DNA of 64,000 nt, taken from NCBI GenBank assembly GCA_001643675.2, contig LSRY02000002.1:2108001-2172000 (forward strand). Direction: 5' to 3'. The position numbers were made by a program, and so were the translations under genes. Shown here in pieces: positions 44,901 to 56,144 of the stretch. The stretch comes from Monocercomonoides exilis PA203 (Eukaryota; Protista; Preaxostyla). Position 1 is the first letter of the stretch, and every line of letters starts with the position of its first letter. A model generated the notes under the pieces. The model did no database searches, had not been told where the DNA came from, and was given only the letters and a program-made list of their open reading frames with translations.

Positions 44901-47422
44901 TCAAAAATCAATTGAAGTGATTGATTCATCAAGTGATGATTGCTTTGATGGTGCGAGTAAACAAACTTCGCAAACCACACAAGAATTCAAAATTCTTCCA
45001 CTTCCATCAACAGTACATCTTTCTCGAGGCATTTCACTTCAAACTCACACCGAAGCAAATAATGCAAGAGGACACCAGACCGAAAAAGATTTATGCATTC
45101 AAATTAAATCACCAGATTTCAGCTTAAAAGATGCTTGCGATTTGAATAACTCTCATCATGAGGTTAATTTAGAACAAAAAATTTCTGCAAATTCAGCTAT
45201 CTCCATAGAAACGAATGGTGTTGAAAATAGCAACATCACGGAAAGAAGCACAGAATTGTATAACGATAAACAGACTCCAATAGCATCATGCTCAGGAATG
45301 GATGAGCAGAAACCAATTGAAATCGTTGCAAAAAAGAACAAAACTTCATTTGAACCTTGTGATGCCTCAATAAAAAAGTCTCATTCCTGTGAGTGCATGA
45401 GAAAGAGAAAAGAACGCAAAGTATTGAAAGTCGAACAAACAGTTGAAGAATTGAATAATGAGGAGAATAGCGACACACCTACAGAAGAATATGAAGTTAA
45501 TTCTCCACAGCATCCGTATTCGATGAAGGACATCGTGACATTATCAGATACACCACATCAAATAAGTCATTCTGATTCAAAAGGCAGTAAAGAAATAATT
45601 GTTTCGGATGTTACTTCTCCAACACTTTTTCGTGCATCGGATATTTCAACTCAAAAACGCTCTTCTATTGCATCTCCTCTTTGTTCACCTTTAAAGACAG
45701 CAGAAGAACTATCCATTTTTTTAGAAGATCAAAAAGATGACTATCAGATTCAACAGAAAGTGATGAAAAACGAAGCTGAACACTTTCGAGCATTACGCTC
45801 AAAGAGAAGGACAAAGAGAAATCCTGGCGAAATTGCTGACAGCTCAATCATAGATGGATTACTTCTCGAAGAAGGATGCGATGAAAAGATATCAAGAAAA
45901 AAATTCACAATGAAGCAAAAGAAAATACCAAAAGGACGAACTCGGAAAAACAAAAGGAAAGACAAATATGACGATTATGAAAATGACTCATGCGATTCAG
46001 ATGAAGATGGAGACGGTGAGTGGGTCCCAACAAAAGATGAAATGCAGGAAATGTTTCATGAGACAATGACTCAAACTCTTAAAAGAAGGAAAATAGACGA
46101 AGAGTTGGCAGATGAAATTATTCTTCTTGCATCAAAAGTCCCAGAAAATAATTCACAAATGAAAAAAGAATTTTCAGATGGAGAAAACGAATTTTCAACA
46201 CAGCGCGCTCATTTTTCATCGACCATTGAACAAGACAATGATGCAAACGTTGATGAGCAAATAAACAAATGCTTGGAAATATTTTTTGAGACGTTGACTC
46301 CGAATAAACGCGCATTTTCATCGTCATCATCAAGTTTCACCATATCTTCTCAACATATTTTCCCTTCAATCATCTCAAATATTGAAGGCTCGACACAAAA
46401 TGCTGCTTTTCTTTGTGAGGATGGAACAGTATTCATAAGTGGGTTAATATGTATGTTTAAAATTGGATTGAATTTGAGAGAGATATTCTTGTTTATTAGC
46501 TTTATTACTTTTTTAAATTTATGTGAGAAATGTACAAAATGTTATGAATAATTGAAATAATTATGCCTTTTATTAATTTATTAATTAAATTATTTATTTT
46601 GAATTCGTTTTGCATCAGACAATTCTTCAAATGAACTTGTTGAGACTCCTCCAAAGCGCATTCCATCTGCATCATTCGGCGATGAATTTATTGTCTCCAT
46701 CGCATCCAATGGCATTCTACTTTTGTCAATCTCCTCACAGACAACTGGATATGCAATGCTTATTCAAGGGTTTTTCCATTTTTATCTTTGACTTACCGTT
46801 TTAGAGGTATCTATCATAAATTTTTTATTCTGTTATTTTAGACAAGGACCGAAGCCGCCACCTGTTTTTTCTGAAAAGGAAGTTATTTCTTTCAAAATGC
46901 CTATCAACTCCATTAATACACCACTCTCCGTTTTTATTCTTCATTCTTCTGTTGTTATACAAAATGGTGTGCAATTAGCAATGTTTTATATCACCTATAA
47001 TTTGCATTTTTGTATTAATAACTTTACTCATTCACAAATTAACTCTCTTTAAAGGTCTGTCCCAACCTTTGATTTTTGACTTGAATAAAACAAGAAGAGT
47101 ACGATCTCCACCGAATGAAACACTAAATCATTTCATTGTGCAACAACTTCAATTCATTGGCCAGTCTTCAAATTTAGCATCTTCATCGGCATCATTGATT
47201 TCTCCTATCAACAGTTCACTTTCTTCGCTCTTGTCCAATGTCTCGGCTAATTCTCAGATCTCAACTTCCCTTTCGCACATTCCTTATTTAGCTCGGTCTC
47301 CAGCCGCATTAGACGGATCAACGTCAACATCAGCTTTTGCTCGTAGTTTTTTTTATCGAAGGGACATAACTTTAATCACTTCATCAGCTGGAGGACTTGC
47401 AGTTCTTGCACTAATCCAATGA
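41949..47422 (+). CDS. RCC1-repeat-containing protein with a very large low-complexity insertion
   Basis: Spliced N-terminal exons give KQIASGSSHILALT|DNGELYSEGSNAFGQCG (RCC1 repeat). Intron 42705-42775 joins to ORF 42790-46551. A further blade-like segment IEGSTQNAAFLCEDGTVFISG and small 3' exons follow; the 3' structure is approximate. Confidence 0.7.
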
Positions 47423-47859
47423 AGTGTGAAAATCGATGTGAGATTTGACAATATAAATAAAAACTAAAATGTCGAAAAAATGCATAATGAATAATGAAAC
47501 ACGATTCACGTTTGAAAAGCAAAAAGATGAAAAGATGAAAAAGACTTTCTAAAACATATTTAGAATAATCCAACATCTAAACAGGAAAGTGGGGATAAGT
47601 CTTTAAACAATAAATAAAAAAGAAGTTACATATGCCATTCAAAAATATAGAACAAACATGAAATTGAACTCACACAATCATAAAACAGATAAAAAAATAA
47701 ATATCAAACAATGCATTGAAAGGTAGCTTCAAAAGGCTTTGAAGCTCTACCAAACATTTTAAGTGTAAATTCAACAACTTTGAAGTGAAATAATGTGACT
47801 ATTTAATAAAATTCATTTTTGAAAGGGGAAATTTTTTGCATCACGCATGCTTTTCTCTT

Positions 47860-49973
47860 CTAAAACTCATCATATAAATCTTCATCTCTTGCAAAATTCA
47901 TCTGATTTGTTTTGACTTTTCCAGAATTATCTTCTGTTTCCTCTTTTGCAGGAGTTGAAGTTAATTCCACCAAATCGAGTAAAGATATGTCAATATCTAA
48001 ATTTTCTGAAGCTTCTGCTTCTTCAGTTTTTTCGGTTGTTGTTGGGATAGACTGAGAAGTTGAAGGATTTTGTTGTTCAGCATTTTCAATGGGCTGCTCT
48101 TGTTCAGTAATTGAAGGCTCTTCAGCATGAATAAGAGATGATGTTGAAGCTGCTTCTTGGACTAACTCTGCTTCTCTTTCAGCTTGCCGTTCGGCTTCTT
48201 GTTCAATTTGATGTGTTTGTATTCTTTGCAAGTGATGTTCGCGAGCCCTTTCCCTTCTTGCATCTTCTTCCTCATCTTCTGGATCTTCATCTTCTCGTTC
48301 AACGACAGCGTTCACCTCATTGTCTTCTCTTCTTGGAGGTACAATTTCCTGCTGAACTGGTTGATGCGCTCTTTTCTTTGGCTTTTCTTTTTTAATCAGC
48401 CATAAAGGCTCTCCAGCTTCCTGAAGCAGCAAGCAATCGTCCTTCCGAGTCTGCCCCTCAACCACATGTCCCAATACGATATCAGTCAGTCCTTCTTCTT
48501 CTGCCAATCCTCTGAGATTTCTGCCTTCTGGATATTTTCTGAAGTTCACCAAGAATAGTCGCAGTATCCAAAGAAGAGCTGTTCGTACTGTTTTGTCTCT
48601 TTCGTCTCTCACACACAAATGCAAGATGACTTCTTCTGCCAGGCCGCTTTTCAGCAATTGTCTGACATTTGTCATTGATGCGGATTTAAGAAGTCGATAC
48701 AGCAATGCGAGTGAAGGTCCTGAGAACTGAATTGTGGGATGAGCTACGTCTTTCACTCGCGAAAAAGAAACAAGGCGATGCAAAAGAGATGCGTGGTTGA
48801 TAATTTCATGCTGGAAAGGACCTTCCAGCGCAAGTGACGTCAGCAAAGATAATGTTAAAGAGCATGTTAATTCCGTCTTTATTCGAGCTAACTGTGTAAG
48901 ATTTGTTAACTTCTTTTTTTTGGTATCATTCATCTTTGTTCCTCCTTTATTGGCTGTAGTTGATGAAGCACTCTTTAAAAGTTCCTTTTCGGCTTCTTCG
49001 CAGCTAATTGCCGTTGCTGACACGGTTTTTGTTTTCCAATGAATTCGAGGAGTTAGATCGACTGAACTGAACAAATTTTCTATTATATCCAAATAGTGAA
49101 ATTGATTGACTGCTTTTGAAGCAAAATCCCAATCTGCAAAACGTGTTTGCCATAAAAAGGTCATTGCAGAAATTAAGGCTTGCTCGGTTAAATAAGGTTT
49201 GTTGAAATGTCGCTGTAGAACATCTACAATAGTCTGTGCAGGATTGAAGAAGACATAAAAATCTTCATTCACTGAAGAAATTTAAACATTGAAAAATAAT
49301 GATAATATAATAAAACGCTATAGCGTCAAGCAAACTAGCTACAATAGTTGAATTGAGTGCAATCCAACTTTCTTCAATTCTTGAGATATCAATTCCCTTT
49401 GTAATCTCTTGCTTTGCTGTTGACAACAAGCATGGAATTGTAGCATGCATTAAAGGTGTGATGATAACTGTTCCACTCGACAGAATATGGTGGCAAACAC
49501 TGTTAAGCCACAGAAGATCGTAATCAGCACTTTTTTGTTTTAACCCTTTTTGTTTAACAATTCTTATAATATCTTGTTCAAGTGTTTCGAATAAAGCAGT
49601 TTGTTTTGCAAGTCTATTCCAATTAAACCGCATCCTAAAACTGTACATAGTAATTGACTTTAGAACTTGCATAATTTCCAAATGAACAGGATTAGTCCCT
49701 GGATTTGCTTTAAGAAGCGCAACAATTTGAATAAAGCAATTTGCATTAATTGTCAATCCAAATTCTTCTGTATATAATTCATCAATAACATGAGCAATTT
49801 GTCGAAGAATGCTCACTTGTTCCTCAGGATTCTTTTCAGCAATATTAGGGATAAAATCTGACACAGTAAATAAATGTGAAACGCTTTCAAAAAATATTAA
49901 ACTGTCTTAAACCAGCAAAATTCTTTAGTACATTATCTGGCAATTCTATATGCTTTGAGCTTGATGCTCCCAT
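47860..49973 (-). CDS. hypothetical alpha-helical (ARM-like) protein with an N-myristoylation motif and an acidic tail
   Basis: Exon 1 MGASSSKHIELPDNVLKNFA (ATG 49973); intron 49858-49912 and a second intron near 49272-49336 join ORFs 49265-49864 and 47860-49272. Confidence 0.7.
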
Positions 49974-52900
49974 CCGTTTACAAATTTCAAATAAAAAAAT
50001 AATTTATTTGATCACAAACAAGAATAGTATTAAAGAAGATTTTGTTTAATATAATTTAGGCATAATTATTCTAATTGCAATAAAAGGATTTAAAGGAAAA
50101 TTCTATTTATGTTATTTATACATGGATTGATAAGTTAACAATGATAGTTATAACTATTTGTCAAAATTCTGTTTTTGAAAAGTTTGTTTTTATAAATATT
50201 GTTAAATATTGGTGTGACTTTCATCTTTTGAGTTCAGAATTAACTTTATAATCTTTCTTTCGAACATTCATGCATTCATTCTTCTTTCTCTCTCTCTTTT
50301 TTTTTTTTTTTTTTTTCTAATTTATTTATTTATTTTTGAATTTAACTTATAATTTTATTCACATTAAAAAAATAAATAGAATGACAAATTTTTGTGAAAG
50401 GTTTTTTTTATCAACTGTCCTGGTGTATTGAAATAAAACCTTATAAAAATTTAAAATTTTGTCCCCACACAAAACTTTTCACTTGAATGTTAACAGTAAC
50501 ATTTTCAAAGGTTGATTTTTATAATTGCAAATATATCGTAAGAGGAAACAGAAGTTTAATCAAACGTTTGTTCTTGAGTTTTTAATGAGACAAACACATC
50601 ACAAAAACGCACATTAATGAACACTTCACTATTGGAGTGTTTATTTAATATCTTTTATTTTTTTTTTAATTTGATATTTCATTAAAATTACAAAGAAATA
50701 ATTAATTTAGTGTTTGCATGTTGCAAAAAGAATGAAACGTTAACATTTTAATAAAAAAAATTGTTGAAATGAAGAATTTTTCGAAATAATGGAAAATGAT
50801 TGTTGTTATATAAAATGTATTTGATTGTTTTGTGATAAGCTTGAATAGAAGAAAAAAGTCACTTTATTAATCATCAAAAAGTCCATATATCTCAATGAAT
50901 GACGTATTTAAATATTTTCATAAACTGGTTAAGTATTGTTTGTTAATTGTTGAAAAGAGTTGCATATATGCTAAAACGAATGAGGGACTTTTCATTTATT
51001 GGCAGCTTTAAACAGAATTAGTTCTTCAAATAAAAATTGTACCATTTTAAAATACAACATAAAATAATTGACATTTGTTGCTTTCATGTTTTGAGTTCGG
51101 GTAATATTTTCCTTTTTTCTTTTTTTGTCAGTGACTTTTTTTAATGGAAAATAATTTTTAAATCAATGAATGTTCAAGATTTGTGATTATTTTGTATTCA
51201 AATTTTCACTTTTGTTATTTTCAAGTTGATATTTATTTCGAGTGATTTGGATACGCACTGCAAAGTAAAAACGAAATAAACAGATGGTTTTGTCACGCAT
51301 TCTTCTTAAACACTGGCCTACAAAACAACAGTGATTCATTCGTCATTTGGATTTTTTTTTTGACAAATGCCATTCAATTCCTTTTTCCCTCCAAAAATTT
51401 ATGATTTCATTCATAATCACTGACTCTTATTTGATTTTTTTTTTTGATGGCATAACATTTATTGAAAAAATAACAGAGTAACATACAAAAAAATAAGATA
51501 TTCTTCATGAAGAATTTTAAGTGTTTGAATTTCAAGGTTATTTAAATTTGATATTTTGAAAAGAATTCTTTCAATCGATCTGTCAAATATTTCCCAAGTG
51601 CAAAAATTTTCTTATTTGAAATTATTTGTTGAATAGGTTTTCGAGATGGAGAAATTTTGTTATTCGATTGATTGAATACAGAAAAAAATGTCATTTATCA
51701 ATAATTCTGGATATTAAACATTTGCGACTTTATAAATGCAATTGTATAAGTTAAGAATGACTCAAATGATTCGATAAGTCACTTTTGCTCAATTTTCACG
51801 CAAATCAAATAATAAATGAAAGAGTCACATAAATTAAAAATTAAAAACTACTGAATAAAAGCAAAAATATTTTATCCTCATTTAAATTTGAAAAATCAGT
51901 TTTCTCAAAAACTTCATTTGTGTATTAATATACGTAATAAAAAACATTACAAGATCGAAATAGAAAAGTTATTTTGTCTCAATAATAAAAATTGCTCAAC
52001 CTTTTTTGATTTGTGGTGATTTTTCAAAATTGTTCATTATTGAATGAGCTCATCAAATAATAAATAAATAGTTGTGATGGATTCAGAAAACAACAAAAAT
52101 AAAAATTGTTCTTAGTGAGTTACTTTCATGTTTTATTAGAAATTCATTTGCATTTTGAATTTGATTATAAAGAAAAAGTTAAAATAGAAATCATATTGAA
52201 ATAATTCAAGAATTCTGAAATTTCATAAGAAATGCACTCACTGTTATTTCAAAAAATTATTGACTATATCAAAAGAAAATAAATATTACGCATCAAAATA
52301 AAAAAATAATGAAAAAAAAATACTGAACAAGCGAGTGACAATATGTGTGGAAATACGGACTTTCAAGCTTTTTTAGCACAAGGCATAGATAAATTGCTTC
52401 GCTCATAACTTTATTTTGCTTTCTCAGATTTCAGAATAAATTTGATTTTCATATCTGTAAATAGGTGTCATTGAAATCAAAACATTAAGTTTTCCAATAT
52501 TTCTTTAATGTCTAAAAATTGACCCATTTTTATAATATTTTTTTATGAAAATATTCAATGAAAAGTGCATAATTTTTGAATGAAAATGCCTGAAGCAAAA
52601 TGTTTTGCCCCATATTAACTGAATTTCAATTCAAAAAAATTTTTTTTTGCATTTTATTTTTATTTATAATGAGTTGTAGTATGTGTGAACAATACCGCCA
52701 GTCTTTCTTCATCCAGCAATTGCCCATTTTCCTGGAGGTTTCACAGTTTGTTGAGTTTTTGGACTGGAAAAGATAAAGCAACTTTGTGCAGGGCTGAGTG
52801 CCATTTGTCTGGATGGAAATAACAAGAAATAACCTCGCTCTTATCACTGAATGAAATCCAAATGCCACCGTCTTTTTGACACTGTTTCTGATAATTGCAT

Positions 52901-53529
52901 CCTTCTGAATAAATGTCAAAACCAGTATCCAACAACTTTTGAAAAAGATCTTGAACACTCACGAATAAATTTATTTTCTTTCGCAAACAAATTGTTCAAT
53001 GGAATACAAAAAATGGGTAATTAACAAGTTTCAATTTTCCAAATTATAAATTCTATATTTATGTGTTTTATAAAAAAACTAATAGTCAAAAATAACTTAC
53101 TTTCAAAATATCATTTTCAAATAAAAATTTAAATGAACTTATTTTTATTTTATCCCTTATCTTTTGGACAAATAAGAATGTTTCAATTTCTTTTAGTGGC
53201 CAATCTTTTTTACAAAAACGATCAATTTCTAAATTTGTTAAATACTTTTGTTGAAAAATATGAAAAAAAATGATAATTATAATAATTTTTGTTACTTTCA
53301 ACAAACACTAATATTCTTTTTTTGTTGAGTTGAGTTACCCCCTGTGGACCTTCTGTCTTATTGCACATCATTTCTGTTTATTAAAAATGAACAATATGCA
53401 TGCTATTCAAACGAGCTGAATGCGCACGGAAATGGTTGATAACAAAATTCTAAAAATTTCAGGATCAAACAAAAAAAAATATTTTTTGATAAATTATTCA
53501 GATATTCTGAGTCTGATGCATAGCCCTTT

Positions 53530-54605
53530 ATTCCAAATTCATAAAAACTAATGAGAGATTCTTTTTCAGAGTTGTTTTCAATGATACTGTCAATGTCGAG
53601 GAAATTATTATTGTTTTTAGAATCTTCATCGTCATTGTATTCATCAAATACAATTTATTAATAAACTTTTCAAATTCAGTAGAAGTCATTAAATAATCGT
53701 CTTTTTTTTTGACGAATGAGTACAAGCAGTCTTGAATTTATGATACTCGCAAACCAGAAACAGACAGTAACTCTCTGAAATGATTGCACATTCCTTCAAT
53801 AGCATGAGTGCGCCCCCATGAAATAGAATCCTCATCATCTCAATCATGAACAACAATATCATGCATGCAGCCCTCTTTAACCAATGTTCAATATGCTCTG
53901 CATGAATGTCACATGATGGTTGTTCCATTTAATACACACATTTTTTAAAGAATATTGTGAATAATATTTTATTTGAACATTCTTTGTTGATTCATAACTT
54001 TTTTCCAACCTGCCGCATCTTTCATATGTGGACTGCCTCAAAAAAAAATTGTTGTTTCTTGAACCTTCTTCGGAGTTAAGTTCAATGAATTAATTCACAT
54101 TCGTCATTTTCGACAGTCTCACATTCTCCTCTAAGTTGAGTTGGAATGCGTATGAGATATTGCTAACATGCAGATTTGTTTGCACAGTCCCATTAACAAA
54201 TTGAGTATCTGGGGTAAAATTCTTGTATTAATGAAAAAAACAACGATTTGTTCCATTCTTTTTCAACAACCTGGGTAATTCTTTTTGTAAAGTCACAAAT
54301 GTTAAATATTCAAATAAATCTTAAATTTCATTTTTTGCTCTTTTTTTGTTATCATCAACCAAACTTCACAAACATGGAATCTATTTCTTGAAAATGCTAT
54401 TTCAAACATTCTTGAGGAGATTTGTGAGCTGAAACAGAAATTTGAGCAAAATATGAAATTTTTGATTTATTTGAAAATTAAACATTTGTGACTTTTCAAA
54501 AAGAATCACCCAAATGGAACTTTTCAATAAAAATTTGTCAGGTTTTTGTTTTTGCTGTGTAATTCTGTTCCACTTTAAATATTCCTTTATTTTTTTCAAA
54601 TACAA
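53530..54605 (-). pseudogene. degenerate Merlin/IS1595 (ISXO2-like) DDE transposase
   Basis: Hand translation across stops and frameshifts: SSIWVILFEKSQM … LRGECETVENDEC … CSNKILFTIFFKKC/VLNGTTIM*HSCRAY*TLVKEGCMHDIVVHD*DDEDSISWGRTHAIEGMCNHFRELL, collinear with the family motifs SIRxGSxFEKS, GGxGxxVEIDES, V(L)PGTTIxSDxWRAY, HxxVNH, HTNxIEG. Boundaries approximate. Confidence 0.8.
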
Positions 54606-54797
54606 AAAATGTTTTAACTAAAGAGTGTTTGATAATGCAATATTTATTATTATATAATTGCAGAAAATTTTTGGAACAAATCTTTGTTCATTTCTTTAAT
54701 GCTAAAAAATTTCCCCATATCAATTTGATACTTGCTTTGAACAAACTGAATTTCGGAATTAACCAAAAGAGATAATTGAAACAAATTTATTTAAATA

Positions 54798-55195
54798 CAG
54801 ATATCGCACAAAATACCGGACATCGCACAAAATACCGGACAAGATCGATTTCACAATAATCATAAGAGGAAAAATTCTGACACTTTTCCTCAAAATACAT
54901 CACATCAGTGCAAACTCAATTGATATTCAAAAACTTTCAAAATAGCTTCATTTGTGCTCAGAAAAAAATTATTTTTAAAATCTCGGAGAAATAGGATTTT
55001 GAGTTTCTCCGAAATTTCAATATTTATTTTTTCTGAGCACAAAAAAGGCTATTTTGAAAGTCTTGTATATCACATGAGTTTGTATTGATGAGATACATTT
55101 TGAGGAAAATTGTCAGAATTATTCCTCTTGCAGTTATTGTGAAAACGATCTTGTCCATTATTTTGTGCGATGTCCGGTATTTTGTGCGATATCTG
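54798..55195. mobile_element. 398-bp fold-back MITE with Tc1/mariner-like ends
   Basis: Arms 54798-54991 and 55004-55195 are inverted copies (outer ~37 bp perfect, roughly 85% overall by eye) around a 12-nt loop. Ends are CAGATATCG…CGATATCTG, flanked by TA on the left and CA on the right. Confidence 0.85.
54803..54840 (+). repeat. two tandem 19-bp direct repeats (ATCGCACAAAATACCGGAC) in the MITE end, mirrored at 55153-55190
   Basis: Exact duplicate on the left arm; the inner right-arm copy has 2 mismatches. Confidence 0.9.
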
Positions 55196-55270
55196 CAGTC
55201 AACATAAAAAAAAAATTCGTTAAAAAAAATAAAGAAAAGAAAAATAAATAAATAAATAAATAAATAATTA

Positions 55271-55272
<2 letters not shown>

Positions 55273-55353
<81 letters not shown>
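55273..55353 (+). repeat. (TAA)27 microsatellite, preceded by a short (AAAT)n tract
   Basis: Read directly. Confidence 0.95.
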
Positions 55354-55355
<2 letters not shown>

Positions 55356-55679
55356 TAAAATCAAATAAAATTGAAAGAAATATAATTAATTTCATTTGTT
55401 CTTCTTATATTTGAATTTAAACATTAAAATTATGTTATTGAGAGTTTTATTTATAATAATTGGCAGTTAATAATGCATTGTTTCAAGTTGTGTTTGAAAG
55501 AATAAGTTCAAACGAAAACTAAAAATTTAAAAAATTAATTTTGACAATCACATTTTTCGACAAAAATTTCATTTTGAGATCAGTATTTAATCATTTTTAT
55601 TATTCCTTTGTTGAAAAATGAAAAATTCAAGTAATCATATAAAAAATATAACTTTATCAAAACCTTTGAAAAAAATAAT

Positions 55680-55691
55680 AAAAAACAAAAA
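55680..55691 (-). terminator. RNA polymerase III terminator (T-runs) of tRNA-Met
   Basis: TTTTTGTTTTTT on the minus strand starting 3 nt after the discriminator base. Confidence 0.65.
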
Positions 55692-55693
55692 TT

Positions 55694-55777
55694 TGGGGGC
55701 AGGGAGGCTCGAACTCCCGACCTTAAGCTTTCCCAGCGATTATGAGACTTACGCGCTACCGGCTGCGCTATGCCCCC
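55694..55777 (-). tRNA. elongator tRNA-Met(CAT) with an 11-nt intron (55730-55740)
   Basis: GGGGGCA-TA-GCGC AGCCGGTA GCGC-G-TAAGT CT CAT A [ATCGCTGGGAA] A GCTTA-AGGTC-GGGAG TTCGAGC CTCCC-TGCCCCC-A forms a full cloverleaf with the intron at 37/38. G1-C72 and TTC in the T-loop indicate elongator rather than initiator. Confidence 0.96.
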
Positions 55778-56144
55778 TTGTTATGGGAACATGTTCAAAT
55801 TATGTATTTTCAATATATTATAAACAAAAAGGAAAAATTGAGTAAAACATGAATATTCAATTCAAACTTTTGACTAATTAGTTACCAATTTGCATCATAT
55901 TATTATGCACATTAGAACAATTACCATGACAGAAACACTATTCAACTTTCTTCATGCGTTCATTAGTTTAGAATTTGTTACAAGTTTGTAAATAACATTA
56001 TAAAAAAAATATTAAAAAGAAATTATAACTTAAAAAATATACATCAACTTTTCCAAAAGGATGCAAAACTCTTTGTAAATCTCCCCAACGACAAATGAAG
56101 GAAAATGTTTTGTTAAAACTTATTCAGATGTAGTCTAAGATTTT

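Noticed and set aside
53689-53928. Small ORFs 53689-53928, 53528-53725 and 54402-54605 as independent genes
   Set aside because: They are off-frame or partial pieces of the decayed transposase.
54803-54840. CRISPR-like direct repeats
   Set aside because: Only two abutting 19-mers with no spacers, no cas genes and a eukaryotic context; explained as MITE terminal repeats.
54798-55195. Palindrome as the terminal repeat of the adjacent Merlin element
   Set aside because: Its ends are TA|CAG-type rather than the GG-start with 8-9-bp TSD expected for Merlin, both arms lie on one side of the transposase, and I saw no matching copy on the other side.
55024-55395. 123-aa poly-Leu ORF that looks like a signal or membrane protein
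   Set aside because: It is the antisense translation of the (TAA)27 microsatellite plus the right arm of the MITE.
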